From assembly GCA_028685755.1 (NCBI GenBank), contig JAQUDJ010000005.1, positions 47,237-111,236 on the forward strand: a stretch of 64,000 bases of DNA, read 5' to 3'. Below, in pieces: positions 16,419-26,263 of this stretch. Origin of the DNA: Eubacteriales bacterium. GTDB taxonomy: Bacteria > Bacillota > Clostridia > Saccharofermentanales > UBA5734. Positions within the stretch are counted from its first letter, which is position 1. Each line of letters starts with the position of its first letter. Under the pieces are notes generated by a model. The model saw only the letters and a list, made by a program, of their open reading frames with translations, searched no databases and was not told where the DNA came from. The translations under genes and the position numbers were made by a program.

Positions 16419-18611
16419 ATGACAAAAATTGCGCCGATCCAGCGTGAACCGATCACGGACACGCTTGAAAAAAACTATATGCCTTATGCCATGAGTGTCA
16501 TCGTCTCGCGGGCAATTCCTGAAATTGATGGATTCAAACCTTCACACCGAAAACTTCTTTATACTATGTACAAAATGGGCCTTTTATCATCATCACGGAC
16601 GAAGTCCGCTAATGTCGTTGGGCAAACGATGAAGCTCAACCCACACGGCGATCAAGCCATTTACGAAACACTAGTCCGCTTGACCCGCGGGAATGATTCG
16701 CTTATACAGCCGTATATCGATTCAAAGGGGAATTTTGGTAAAGTATATTCGCGTGACATGCATTATGCGGCTGCACGATATACCGAAGTCCGTTTAGACA
16801 GCATTTGCCAAGAAATATTTTCAGGATTAGACAAAAATAGTGTCGATATGATCGATAATTATGACGGTACGATGAAAGAGCCGATGCTTTTGCCTGCGAC
16901 TTTTCCATCGGTGCTTGTCAACAGCAATCAAGGAATCGCAGTTGGTATGGCGAGCAATATTTGCTCATTTAACTTGGCTGAAGTCTGCGCGGCAACTGTT
17001 GCCTATATTTTAGATCCGGCTTGTGATGTACAGCAATATATGCCTGCTCCCGATTTTTCAACGGGAGCAGAATTGATCTTACATCCGCAAGAAATTAATC
17101 AAATCTATCAAACGGGTCGCGGTAGTTTTCGACTACGTGCAATCTATCAAGTCGATAAAAAAAATGGTTACATTGAAATACTGCAAATTCCATATACGAC
17201 TTCTGTAGAGGCGATCATTGACGATATCTCCAATTTAGTCAAAACAGGTAAAATTAAGGAAATCAATGATGTCCGAGATGAAACCGACATCGATGGTTTA
17301 AAATTAACAATTGATTATAAGCGAGCTGCTGACCCCGATGCCTTGATGCAAAAACTTTTCCGCTTTACGACTTTAGAAAACTCGTTTCCTTGCAATTTCA
17401 ACATTTTGATCAATGGTACACCGCGTGTACTTGGTGTTAAGTCGATACTTGGGGAATGGCATGCATGGCGGCGCGCTTGCTTACGCCGAGAATTAGCTTT
17501 TGATCTCGGCCGGAAACAAGATCGACTCCATTTGCTCAAAGGCTTAGAAAAAATTCTGCTTGATATCGACCAAGCGATCAAAATTATTCGCGAAACCGAA
17601 CTTGAGAGTGAAGTTATTAACAATCTTATGCAAGGGTTTGCCATTGATTCGATTCAAGCGGAATATGTTGCAGAAATTCGACTGCGTCAATTAAATCGAC
17701 AATATTTATTACAACGGATCGCCGATATCAAGAATCTCAAAAAGGAGATTGCAGACTTACAAGCGATGTTAGGCGATCAGGAAAAGGTCGACCAAAAAAT
17801 CATTGAGCAGCTACAAGCTGTGTCCAAAAAATATGGCCGTGAGCGTCGTACCCGTTTGATTCATACTGACTCAGTCGAGCGACTTTCGGACCATGAATTG
17901 ATCGAAGATTATCGCTTGCGAATGTTTTTAACAAGTCATGGGTATGTCAAAAAAATCCCACTGACATCGTTACGCAGCGCGGGCGATCTCAAAACTAAAG
18001 ACGATGATCAAATTATCCAAGATCTTGAAGGCAAGAATAAGATGGATATCTTATTCTTTACCACCCAAGGAAACGTTTATAAATTAAAAGTATTCGAAAT
18101 CAAAGACCACAAACCGTCAGATTTTGGAGAATTCGCACCGAACCTGTTAAGCCTCGATGAAGGCGAGAAGGTTATATTTATGCATTTGACAGATGATTAT
18201 TCTGGGCAATTTTTCATGACCTTTGCCAATGGCAAAGCAGTTCGTTTGGAATGCAATGTTTATGAAACGAAAACAAACCGACGGAAACTCGTCAATGCAT
18301 TCAGTACGCATTCGCCCATCGTTGGGATTTTCCACATGACCAGCCCTGAAGAATTCGTTTTATTTAGCAGCATCAAAAAAGTCTTGATTGTAAAGAGTGA
18401 ACAAATCCCCCTTAAGGCAACTCGTTCGACCCAGGGTATAGCGGTCCTCTTATCCAAGAAAGGCAGCACGTTGGTTAACGTTAAACGACTAAGCGAATCG
18501 GGTATCAATGAACCACAATACTATCGGACCAAGGTATTGCCCGCAATTGGCAGCTATTTAAAAGAGAGTACCTTAGTCAATCGCCAAGTTGGCCTTGACG
18601 GACTTTCCTAA
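16419..18611 (+). CDS. parC: type IIA topoisomerase subunit A (ParC/GyrA family; no GyrA box seen)
   Basis: YAMSVIVSRAIPEIDGFKPSHRKLLY, MKLNPHGD and AARYTEVRL (catalytic Tyr region). I see no QRRGGKG-type GyrA box in the C-terminal domain, which favours topo IV. Confidence 0.8.
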   Translation: MTKIAPIQREPITDTLEKNYMPYAMSVIVSRAIPEIDGFKPSHRKLLYTMYKMGLLSSSRTKSANVVGQTMKLNPHGDQAIYETLVRLTRGNDSLIQPYIDSKGNFGKVYSRDMHYAAARYTEVRLDSICQEIFSGLDKNSVDMIDNYDGTMKEPMLLPATFPSVLVNSNQGIAVGMASNICSFNLAEVCAATVAYILDPACDVQQYMPAPDFSTGAELILHPQEINQIYQTGRGSFRLRAIYQVDKKNGYIEILQIPYTTSVEAIIDDISNLVKTGKIKEINDVRDETDIDGLKLTIDYKRAADPDALMQKLFRFTTLENSFPCNFNILINGTPRVLGVKSILGEWHAWRRACLRRELAFDLGRKQDRLHLLKGLEKILLDIDQAIKIIRETELESEVINNLMQGFAIDSIQAEYVAEIRLRQLNRQYLLQRIADIKNLKKEIADLQAMLGDQEKVDQKIIEQLQAVSKKYGRERRTRLIHTDSVERLSDHELIEDYRLRMFLTSHGYVKKIPLTSLRSAGDLKTKDDDQIIQDLEGKNKMDILFFTTQGNVYKLKVFEIKDHKPSDFGEFAPNLLSLDEGEKVIFMHLTDDYSGQFFMTFANGKAVRLECNVYETKTNRRKLVNAFSTHSPIVGIFHMTSPEEFVLFSSIKKVLIVKSEQIPLKATRSTQGIAVLLSKKGSTLVNVKRLSESGINEPQYYRTKVLPAIGSYLKESTLVNRQVGLDGLS

Positions 18612-20494
18612 TGTCTAAGGGCTACTATGTCCAAATAAAAGCCATCAAAAAACAGCGCTACAAAACGCTGCTTATCACGCTAATGGTCTTGGGTTTAATT
18701 GTGGCAGGCATATACGGTATATGGCGATTCCAGCGTCAAAGCCGCGCGGATAATTTGTTATCAGATTTTAACCAAGCAATGCTCCAAAATGAATACACCA
18801 GGGCGATAGAATTCTATCGACATGCACAAGCGCTTGCCGTTTTACCCGAAGATTATCAAAATCAAGGTGAAATATATCGCAGTGTCTTGTCACAAATGGA
18901 AGAATTGATCAATCAGGATGTTTTAAGCATTGAAACGAAGCTCTTATCGCACAATACATTGACCGATGAAGAAATCGCATTGTGTGCGGGGCTTGAAGAA
19001 TTATCAGGTTTGCAATTAACCCGATTTATTGACAAGATTGGCACTGACTATATCACAGGACGTCAGGACAACCTAACTATTACGCATGTTATTAGTCAGC
19101 TCAAATCACTTGATAATCTTCAAGATGAACTTCAAGGTATCGAAGACCAACTCACATCAATCCAATTAGCTCGACCATCTGTTATAGCTGCCGAAGATTT
19201 AACTTCAACAGAGCAGTGGTATCTAGCTTATGATGCCTGGTTGTTAATTACTCAACAACCAGACATAGGCAGTTATGTTCAAAACTATGCAAGAACAAGA
19301 CTTTCGGATTGTAAGGTTGCCATGTATGAACCTTTGTTGGCGGAAGCTCAAAATAACCTCAATCAAAATCGAACATTTTCGGCTCAAAAGCAATTACTCG
19401 CCCTTCAATTCATTTTCCCACAAGACGAAGCAATTCAGCTTGCTTTGGAACAATGTGATGATGCTATCCCTAGGAAGCTCGAAATATACCGGAGTACCGT
19501 CGAACATTTAACAATCAAGCCTTTGATTGTTCGTCCCGATTTGGCCTTTGATGGGGATGTATATTCAGGTGCGGCACGGGACACCATGATCACGACGGTT
19601 GAATTCGGGCGAATGCTCGAACAATTATATGCAAACAATTACATCTTGATTGATCAATCAAGGTTGTTGCCTACTCCAGGTTCGTCGTTTGCCATAGAAT
19701 TACCTGCTGGCAAGAAACCCTTGGTATTAGTACTTGAGGGCTTGGATTATCTCGTCACGCGACGTGAAACTGGCAATAACTGGCTACTTGCATTAAACGA
19801 AAATCAAGAGGTTTGTGGCCAATATACTGATGCACAAGGCCGTGTTCAGACAGAACCACGCGCCGAGTCAATCGGTATACTTGATGCATTTGTCAAAGAA
19901 CATCCTGATTTTTCTTATGATGGCGCAAAAGCGTTAATTACAATAACGGGATACGAAGGGGTCTTTGGTTATCTAACAGACCCTGATCAATTAGATGACC
20001 GCAACCAATCGTTACTCGGAAATAGCTATCCAAGTTTGACTATGCAAATGGCTGATTATCAGGAGAATCGTCGTCTTGTTGGTTTAATTATTGATCGTTT
20101 GAAAAATACAGGGTATCAGTTCGGGTCATCAACTTATGCATTTCTGCCCGTGACGAATGCCTCATTATCTGCAGTAGAAGCAGATTGGCAAAAATGGCAA
20201 AACCAAATCGAACCGTTGATCGGGCCTGTTACGACGTTGCAATTCCCCAACGGCGGCATTCTTGCATTTTCAGACGAACGCAGTTTATTTTATCAAGCAC
20301 AAGGGATCACTATTTTTGGCGGGTTAGGGGCAGCGGCATACATCACGAGAGGGAATAACCTTGTATATGTCGACAAAGTCCAAATTAGTGGCTACAGTTT
20401 GACACACGCCGGATTATATCAATTAGCGCGCTTATTTGACGCCGATCAGGTTATCGATTATGAAGCTCGTGGTCTAAAAAAAGCACTCGGTTGA
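18611..20494 (+). CDS. membrane-anchored hypothetical protein; the C-terminal half faintly resembles a NodB-type (polysaccharide deacetylase) fold without the catalytic residues
   Basis: One N-terminal TM helix (LLITLMVLGLIVAGIYGIW). The TAATG overlap with the parC stop suggests translational coupling. No confident family assignment. Confidence 0.5.
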   Translation: MSKGYYVQIKAIKKQRYKTLLITLMVLGLIVAGIYGIWRFQRQSRADNLLSDFNQAMLQNEYTRAIEFYRHAQALAVLPEDYQNQGEIYRSVLSQMEELINQDVLSIETKLLSHNTLTDEEIALCAGLEELSGLQLTRFIDKIGTDYITGRQDNLTITHVISQLKSLDNLQDELQGIEDQLTSIQLARPSVIAAEDLTSTEQWYLAYDAWLLITQQPDIGSYVQNYARTRLSDCKVAMYEPLLAEAQNNLNQNRTFSAQKQLLALQFIFPQDEAIQLALEQCDDAIPRKLEIYRSTVEHLTIKPLIVRPDLAFDGDVYSGAARDTMITTVEFGRMLEQLYANNYILIDQSRLLPTPGSSFAIELPAGKKPLVLVLEGLDYLVTRRETGNNWLLALNENQEVCGQYTDAQGRVQTEPRAESIGILDAFVKEHPDFSYDGAKALITITGYEGVFGYLTDPDQLDDRNQSLLGNSYPSLTMQMADYQENRRLVGLIIDRLKNTGYQFGSSTYAFLPVTNASLSAVEADWQKWQNQIEPLIGPVTTLQFPNGGILAFSDERSLFYQAQGITIFGGLGAAAYITRGNNLVYVDKVQISGYSLTHAGLYQLARLFDADQVIDYEARGLKKALG

Positions 20495-20507
20495 CCGAGT
20501 GCTTTTT
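20476..20507. terminator. bidirectional terminator between the convergent hypothetical gene and lysC
   Basis: Perfect 13-bp hairpin AAAAAGCACTCGG-TTGA-CCGAGTGCTTTTT spanning the stop codon. Confidence 0.8.
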
Positions 20508-20530
20508 AGGTATGCTGGTTAATTAATAAA

Positions 20531-21883
20531 TTAGCGTTGAAAAAATTCTTTATAAAGTTCTTTCACTGCATAATTGCAGTACTCTTCACGTACACCGAAC
20601 ATCACCGAAATTTCGGATGCACCTTGGTTGATGATCTCAAGGTTGACGCCAGCCTTTGACAATGAATTTGCTGCGCGAGCGGTGACACCAACGGTATGAG
20701 CCATCGCTTCACCGACAATCATGACGATCGCTAAATTACGATCGACTGAGATTTTTTCGATTCCGATTTCATCAACGAGTCGACGAACCACGCGCTTTTC
20801 TTTTTCAGGGGTAAAGACGTCTTGGCGGAGTACGATTGTCAAAGAATCGATCCCGGAAGGCATATGTTCAAAAGGCATATATTCATCAGCCAGAATCTGA
20901 AGCACCTTCAATGCAAAACCAACTTCGCGATTCATCAAGTATTTGCTCATGTTTAATGTGCAAAAGCCTTTAGCACCGGCAATTCCAGTCACAATACTGT
21001 CAAAATTAACTCGGCTTTTGACAATCATCGTGCCTCGCGCAGGGGGATTGTTCGTGTTGCGAATATTAACTGGAATGCCTTTGCGATAAGCAGGGGTTAA
21101 AGCCTCTTCGTGCAAAACGGTGAATCCAGCATAGGCAAGTTCGCGCATCTCGTCATAGGTAATTTCCGAAATGGCATGCGGATTACTAATTAAGTTTGGA
21201 TTGACAGCATATACAGAATCAACATCGGTCCAATTTTCATAGACTCTAGCCTCAACAGCCGCAGCCAAAATTGAGCCTGTAATGTCCGAGCCACCCCGAG
21301 AGAAAGTTGCGACTTCGCCTGCTTTGGTGTAGCCGAAGAAACCTGGATAGACGACGATTCCTTGATAATCTTTCAACAAAGCAAGCTGTGTATAGGATTC
21401 CTCTAGCACTTGTGCATTGCCAAATTCTTCGGTCAAAATCATCCCCGACGTTTTTGGATCAAAATACTGAGCATGTTTGCCAATGCTTTGCAAATAATTT
21501 GCGACAAGCTTTGCGCAATTATCTTCGCCAGCAGCTTTTAACGAATCCATAAATTTCATGGTGTAAGAAGGATCTGCAGCAATTCTGCGTGTTAAGTCCT
21601 GCTCAATTTCACTAACAATATCATTGCCAAGTTCGAGCTCTTCGGCAATGTCTGCAAAGCGCCGAACCACTGCAGATAATTCAGTTAAACCGTCATAACC
21701 GCTTATTCGAGCATTCGCAAGTGATATCAATAAGTCCGTGACTTTGATATCTTCGCGTGAACGTTTGCCAGGTGCTGAAACGACCATGATCCGCCGCTCG
21801 GGATCACTTAAAACGATATCGCATACTTTGCGAATTTGTTCAGCATTCGCAAGTGAAGAACCACCAAATTTACATACTTTCAT
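20531..21883 (-). CDS. lysC: aspartate kinase (monofunctional, with C-terminal ACT domains)
   Basis: MKVCKFGGSSLA (KFGG.S motif), then SAPG, ..TFSRGGSD.TG, and a C-terminal ACT-like region. Confidence 0.85.
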   Translation of the reverse strand: MKVCKFGGSSLANAEQIRKVCDIVLSDPERRIMVVSAPGKRSREDIKVTDLLISLANARISGYDGLTELSAVVRRFADIAEELELGNDIVSEIEQDLTRRIAADPSYTMKFMDSLKAAGEDNCAKLVANYLQSIGKHAQYFDPKTSGMILTEEFGNAQVLEESYTQLALLKDYQGIVVYPGFFGYTKAGEVATFSRGGSDITGSILAAAVEARVYENWTDVDSVYAVNPNLISNPHAISEITYDEMRELAYAGFTVLHEEALTPAYRKGIPVNIRNTNNPPARGTMIVKSRVNFDSIVTGIAGAKGFCTLNMSKYLMNREVGFALKVLQILADEYMPFEHMPSGIDSLTIVLRQDVFTPEKEKRVVRRLVDEIGIEKISVDRNLAIVMIVGEAMAHTVGVTARAANSLSKAGVNLEIINQGASEISVMFGVREEYCNYAVKELYKEFFQR

Positions 21884-21912
21884 TTTTAGGAAAATCCCCC
21901 TTGATCAAGCCA

Positions 21913-21941
21913 ATTATAAGGAAGGAAGGTGTTGATTTCAA
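21913..21941 (-). promoter_or_regulatory. putative promoter of lysC
   Basis: On the minus strand: TTGAAA, 17-nt spacer, TATAAT. This leaves a leader of only about 25 nt. Confidence 0.55.
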
Positions 21942-22007
21942 GGTAGAGTCTTGAAGTGTCATTACGAATGGCGGATACTTGAATTTAGGATGTACTTGAA
22001 ACTTGAA
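21937..22007. repeat. cluster of CTTGAA hexamers (four direct, one inverted) in the lysC/yqeG divergent spacer
   Basis: Read directly: TTCAAG 21937-42, CTTGAA 21950-55, ACTTGAA at 21977, 21994 and 22001. Confidence 0.7.
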
Positions 22008-22024
22008 ATGAGGAATGCTAACGC

Positions 22025-22537
22025 ATGTCATGGCTTAAACCAGATCGTATCTATGAATCCATTGACTTGATTGATTTTTCATCATTAGCAGAATCTGGGA
22101 AAAAGCTGATTTTGCTTGATATTGATAACACCCTCGTCCGCCATGGGTCGCGGCAAGCCGATTCATTTACACAACAGATAATTGCGCGTATTAGACAAGC
22201 GGGTCTGATACCATATATCGTTTCAAATGCCAAAAACACACGGGCTCGACTATTTGCCGAAAGTGCCCAAGTTGAATTTTGTGGTCTTTCAGGTAAACCG
22301 TCACCGCGTGGTTTGCTCCGTGGAATGAACCACTATCAGTGCACCGCTGACCAGACTGTTATGATAGGGGACCAACTTTTTACGGATATCATCGCCGCCC
22401 ATCGGGCAAAGGTGTTAAAAATTCTTGTGATGCCTCTTGACCGGCACGAAGCCTGGAATGTAGCGATTAAACGTCTGCTTGAAGCACCTTTTTTAGCAAA
22501 TTATAAGAAACAACCAGACCTCTGGCCGCAAAAGTGA
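22025..22537 (+). CDS. yqeG: YqeG-family HAD-IIIA phosphatase
   Basis: LILLDIDNTL, SNA, GKPSP and MIGDQLFTDI are HAD motifs I-IV in the YqeG arrangement. Confidence 0.75.
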   Translation: MSWLKPDRIYESIDLIDFSSLAESGKKLILLDIDNTLVRHGSRQADSFTQQIIARIRQAGLIPYIVSNAKNTRARLFAESAQVEFCGLSGKPSPRGLLRGMNHYQCTADQTVMIGDQLFTDIIAAHRAKVLKILVMPLDRHEAWNVAIKRLLEAPFLANYKKQPDLWPQK

Positions 22538-22545
22538 GCTTTCAC

Positions 22546-22575
22546 TTGCCAAAACAAGCCACTTTCGACTAAAAT
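22546..22575 (+). promoter_or_regulatory. putative promoter of efp
   Basis: TTGCCA, 18-nt spacer, TAAAAT. Confidence 0.45.
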
Positions 22576-22629
22576 AGACAAGAATTTTTAAAGTAAGAAC
22601 AACGGGTGAGAGCCGATCGGGAGGGTTTC

Positions 22630-23193
22630 ATGATCTATGCAGGTGATTTTCGTAACGGAATAATATTTGAAATGGACAGCCAAGTTTTTCAGGTTGTTGA
22701 ATTTCAACACGTCAAGCCGGGAAAAGGTGCTGCATTTGTTCGCACCAAATATCGTAACGTCAAAACTGGCGGTGTCGTTGAACGTAGCTTTAACCCTTCG
22801 GATAAATTTGAATCCGCCCAATTAGAACGTCGTGATATGAATTTTCTTTATAACGATGGCAACCTCTACTACTTCATGGATATCGATACCTATGAACAAG
22901 AACCCTTTTCAGGCGAATCGATTGGCGATGCTTTAAAGTTTTTAAAAGAAAACATGGTCTGCAAAGTTGTGTCTTATAAAGGCGATGTCTTTGCTGTTGA
23001 ACCGCCAATTTTTGTTGAACTAGAAATAACTGAATGTGATCCAGGCGTTAAGGGTGACACAGCACAGAACGCAACCAAAAACGCTATCGTTGAAACGGGT
23101 GCAACCATCAAAGTTCCATTATTCGTCAACCAAGGTGATCGGGTTAAAGTTGATACCCGTACTGGCGAATATATGGAACGTGTCAAAGCTTAA
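22630..23193 (+). CDS. efp: elongation factor P
   Basis: [23 protein letters not shown] contains the conserved modified-Lys loop. 187 aa. The ATG at 22630 follows GGGAGGG. Confidence 0.9.
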   Translation: MIYAGDFRNGIIFEMDSQVFQVVEFQHVKPGKGAAFVRTKYRNVKTGGVVERSFNPSDKFESAQLERRDMNFLYNDGNLYYFMDIDTYEQEPFSGESIGDALKFLKENMVCKVVSYKGDVFAVEPPIFVELEITECDPGVKGDTAQNATKNAIVETGATIKVPLFVNQGDRVKVDTRTGEYMERVKA

Positions 23194-23199
23194 CGCACG

Positions 23200-23583
23200 A
23201 TGTCTGATCCGTCGCGCAGCAGAAGTGCCATTCGCGGCGAACGGACGATGTCCCGTGGTTTTGTCGCGCAATATGCGGCGGAGGCAGCTTTACAGACAAT
23301 TGGCGTAGCCTCGTTAGAACCAAGTGCGGTGATAACGCTCAAAGAAGCGATCGGAGTCGAACATGAAGGCCGCGGCGTCAATGTCGTTTTTTTACCCGAT
23401 CATGAAGAACTTGTAACCATTACTGTTTTTCCGGTGATCTATTTTGGCAACATCCTCCCGGAGGTTGCTTGGACCATTCAAGAACGCGTCAAAGCAGATG
23501 TCGAAAAATACACTGGTTTGATTGTCGAAGCCGTTCACGTTCATGTAAAAGGCGTGATCACGCGAGAGGAGAACCGTAAATGA
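23200..23583 (+). CDS. Asp23/Gls24-family envelope stress protein
   Basis: Asp23-like pattern (..A..AA....GV.S.....V.V....V.V.V....YG..I.EV...IQ..V...V...TG). The start could be the ATG at 23200 or at 23248. Position before nusB matches B. subtilis yqhY. Confidence 0.7.
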   Translation: MSDPSRSRSAIRGERTMSRGFVAQYAAEAALQTIGVASLEPSAVITLKEAIGVEHEGRGVNVVFLPDHEELVTITVFPVIYFGNILPEVAWTIQERVKADVEKYTGLIVEAVHVHVKGVITREENRK

Positions 23584-24131
23584 ATCCGCTGGTTCGCACC
23601 GCCCTAATAATCTTTTCATTCATCCTGACGGTTTCAGCCTTTATCTTTTTGCTGATGGTTTTGAGTAGTGATGTTTTGGCAGCGATGATTTTGGCGATAA
23701 CTCGGTTAACTGAACAGACTTCATCCCGAATAGCTGGTTTGCTTTTGGGGGCGTTTGTCATTATTGTTTCAATGACATCGATGGTTTATGCGATTATGAG
23801 TGGCCGATTGCGCCGCACGCGCGTTCGCTCAAATGATATCGGTGAGATTGACATTGGCGTGGATGCGATTGAGAGCATCGCACTCAATTCTGCCAAAACG
23901 GCACAATGCGGCATAAAGACAGCCAAAGCACGAGTGGCGCCCTTCAAAGGTGATAAGATCAGCATTCAATTATCAGCTGTCCTTTATTCAGATGTTGAAG
24001 TACCAGCAATGATGGCTAAAGTCCAAGATCGCATCAAAAAGGATATTGAACGTTATACGGGTATTGCAGTCGCACAAGTTTTGATCAAAGTCACGCGTGT
24101 CGAACCTGTTGCAACTCGCGTCGAACGATAA
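23580..24131 (+). CDS. amaP: alkaline shock response membrane anchor protein AmaP-like
   Basis: Two N-terminal TM helices followed by an Asp23-like domain (IDIGVDAIESIALNSA...V..IK..IE..TG). ATGA overlap with the preceding Asp23 gene. Confidence 0.65.
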   Translation: MNPLVRTALIIFSFILTVSAFIFLLMVLSSDVLAAMILAITRLTEQTSSRIAGLLLGAFVIIVSMTSMVYAIMSGRLRRTRVRSNDIGEIDIGVDAIESIALNSAKTAQCGIKTAKARVAPFKGDKISIQLSAVLYSDVEVPAMMAKVQDRIKKDIERYTGIAVAQVLIKVTRVEPVATRVER

Positions 24132-24133
24132 CC

Positions 24134-24370
24134 GTGAGAAGCTTTTGGCAAAGTCTAAGTGCTCAATTCAAGGGCCAAAACCCGGCGAGAATCGGCGCGA
24201 TAATTGGATTATTATTAGCCTTATCTCTCGTTTTGTTCGGATTTTGGAAAACTATTTTCATAATTGCCCTGACTGCCATCGGGTATTTTCTCGGCAATCG
24301 ATATTTTGCAAACCCAGAAGAATTTCGAAATTTACTTGATAAAATATTGCCACCGGGAAAGTTCCGGTAG
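24134..24370 (+). CDS. small integral membrane protein (DUF2273-like)
   Basis: 78 aa with two TM helices (RIGAIIGLLLALSLVLFGFW..IFIIALTAIGYFLG). It has the canonical third position of Asp23/AmaP operons. GTG start. Confidence 0.6.
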   Translation: MRSFWQSLSAQFKGQNPARIGAIIGLLLALSLVLFGFWKTIFIIALTAIGYFLGNRYFANPEEFRNLLDKILPPGKFR

Positions 24371-24382
24371 AAGGACCATATC

Positions 24383-24781
24383 ATGAGTCGTCGCGATTCC
24401 CGCGAAAAAGCCCTTATGTTTCTTTTTCAACTTGAAATTCAAAAAGGTGATGAAGAACGCCAACTTACTGAATTCTTATCAGAGCGAGAAGTCGCTGAGA
24501 ACGAGAAGGACTATTTTCAAGTGCTAATTGACGGGGTCAATGCGGAGAAGTCCAATCTTGACATCCGGATTGCGCCACTATTAAAACGGTGGACAATCGA
24601 ACGTTTGCCGAAAGTTGATTTGACTATTTTGCGAATTGCAACGTATGAAATATTTTATCTTCCAGATGTTCCTGCGAACGTAGCTATTTCTGAAGCTGTT
24701 TTATTAGCCAAAAAATTCTCAAGCGAAGAATCTAAGAACTATATTAATGCCGTGCTCGGCAAACTCAGTCAAACGGAATAA
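24383..24781 (+). CDS. nusB: transcription antitermination factor NusB
   Basis: MSRRDSREKALM.LFQ.E start and the ..ILR.A.YE......P..V.I.EAV.LAK.F pattern. Confidence 0.85.
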   Translation: MSRRDSREKALMFLFQLEIQKGDEERQLTEFLSEREVAENEKDYFQVLIDGVNAEKSNLDIRIAPLLKRWTIERLPKVDLTILRIATYEIFYLPDVPANVAISEAVLLAKKFSSEESKNYINAVLGKLSQTE

Positions 24782-24786
24782 CAAGT

Positions 24787-25995
24787 ATGAATGCGCCGAT
24801 TAGTGTTTCCGAACTTAATCGTTATGTAGCAGCCTATTTAGAACAAAATGAGAACCTGAATCAGGTCCAAGTAAAGGGCGAGATATCGGGGCTTAAGGCA
24901 TATCCTTCAGGACATCTGTACTTCAGTATTAAGGATGCAAATGCTTCTGTAAGTTGTGTTATGTTTAAATCGCAGGTGATGAAATTACGTTTCAAGCCTG
25001 TTGATGGAACAGCTGTGATTGTGACAGCCAAGGCCAGTGTTTACGATCGCGATGGCAAATTTCAACTCTATGTAAATCTTATGCAAGCAGACGGCCTTGG
25101 TGATCTCTATTTAGCATACGAACAATTAAAATCACGGTTACAAGCAGAAGGTTTATTTGATCCGACTCACAAGCTTCCCGTACCACGTTTGCCAAAAGCA
25201 GTCGGTGTCGTGACGTCACCTGCTGGCGCGGTCATCCGAGATATCATTCACGTACTTTCCCGGCGTTATCCGAATTTTAAATTACAACTCATACCTGTTC
25301 AAGTCCAAGGTGACGGATCAGCTGCAAGTATCGCTGCCGCAATCGACCGTTTCAATATACTTAATACGGTTGATGTGCTGATTGTTGGGCGTGGCGGGGG
25401 CTCTATGGAAGATTTGTGGGCTTTTAATGAAGAAGTTGTCGCCCGCAGTGTTTTTAGATCCAAAATTCCGGTGATTTCTGCAGTTGGTCATGAAACCGAC
25501 TTTACTATTTGTGATTTTGTAGCAGATGTTCGCGCAGCTACACCATCGGCTGCCGCTGAATTGGCGATGCCCGTGCGAGCAGAAGAAGAGGCGAAAATTA
25601 TCAATATCCAAGCGCGACTTCGGTTAGCCTTACAGAAAAGAAGTCAGCTTGAAACGCAGCACCTTGATTCGTTAATCAATCGACCGGTTCTTGTTCAACC
25701 GCTAAAAATAATCGAAGATAAACAGAAAGATCTAAACTTTCTCCTTAATTTATTAAGTACAGCGGCCCTGTCAAGGCTAAACGTAGCAGATCGAAATCTT
25801 GCAATTATGGCGGGTAAACTGGATGCTTTAAGCCCCTTAAAAGTCCTTTCGCGGGGCTATTCAGTTGTGCGTGATCAAACGGGTCAAACGATTCAATCAA
25901 CTGCATTCGTCCAAAAAGACGACTTGATTGATGTCTGGTTAAGTGATGGAATCCTCGGCTGTACCGTTCAACAGATCAAGGAAAGGAAATTCTGA
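24787..25995 (+). CDS. xseA: exodeoxyribonuclease VII large subunit
   Basis: SVSELN.Y....LE.......V.GEIS.....SGH.YF.IKD, then GVVTSP.GA...D, RGGGS.EDLW.FN.E, and a C-terminal coiled coil. Confidence 0.9.
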   Translation: MNAPISVSELNRYVAAYLEQNENLNQVQVKGEISGLKAYPSGHLYFSIKDANASVSCVMFKSQVMKLRFKPVDGTAVIVTAKASVYDRDGKFQLYVNLMQADGLGDLYLAYEQLKSRLQAEGLFDPTHKLPVPRLPKAVGVVTSPAGAVIRDIIHVLSRRYPNFKLQLIPVQVQGDGSAASIAAAIDRFNILNTVDVLIVGRGGGSMEDLWAFNEEVVARSVFRSKIPVISAVGHETDFTICDFVADVRAATPSAAAELAMPVRAEEEAKIINIQARLRLALQKRSQLETQHLDSLINRPVLVQPLKIIEDKQKDLNFLLNLLSTAALSRLNVADRNLAIMAGKLDALSPLKVLSRGYSVVRDQTGQTIQSTAFVQKDDLIDVWLSDGILGCTVQQIKERKF

Positions 25996-25996
25996 C

Positions 25997-26263
25997 ATGC
26001 AAGAAGCAATCAACCTCATCGATAACCGAGAGCAATCTAAATTAACTTATGAACAAGCAATCAGTCAGCTCGAAAAAATTGTCAGCCGCTTGGAAAGTGG
26101 CGATGTTAGCCTTGATGAGTCGGTTAAATTATTTCAACAAGGCACCGAATTATCGCGATTTTGTGCGACCCAGCTTGCAGCAGTCGAACATCAAATTTCA
26201 CAGTTAATCGTAGCACCTGACGGTTCAGTCACCGAAACACCGTTCGGTACGACGGATGTTTAA
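25997..26263 (+). CDS. xseB: exodeoxyribonuclease VII small subunit
   Basis: LTYEQAISQLEKIVSRLESGDVSLDESVKLFQQGTELSRFC is the XseB signature. The ATG at 25997 lies 1 nt after the xseA stop; the 18-aa track extension overlaps xseA. Confidence 0.85.
   Translation: MQEAINLIDNREQSKLTYEQAISQLEKIVSRLESGDVSLDESVKLFQQGTELSRFCATQLAAVEHQISQLIVAPDGSVTETPFGTTDV

Noticed and set aside
21884-22024. Possible lysine (L-box) riboswitch upstream of the aspartate kinase gene.
   Set aside because: Only about 25 nt lie between the predicted -10 and the SD. The whole divergent spacer (141 nt) is shorter than an L-box and lacks its conserved helices.
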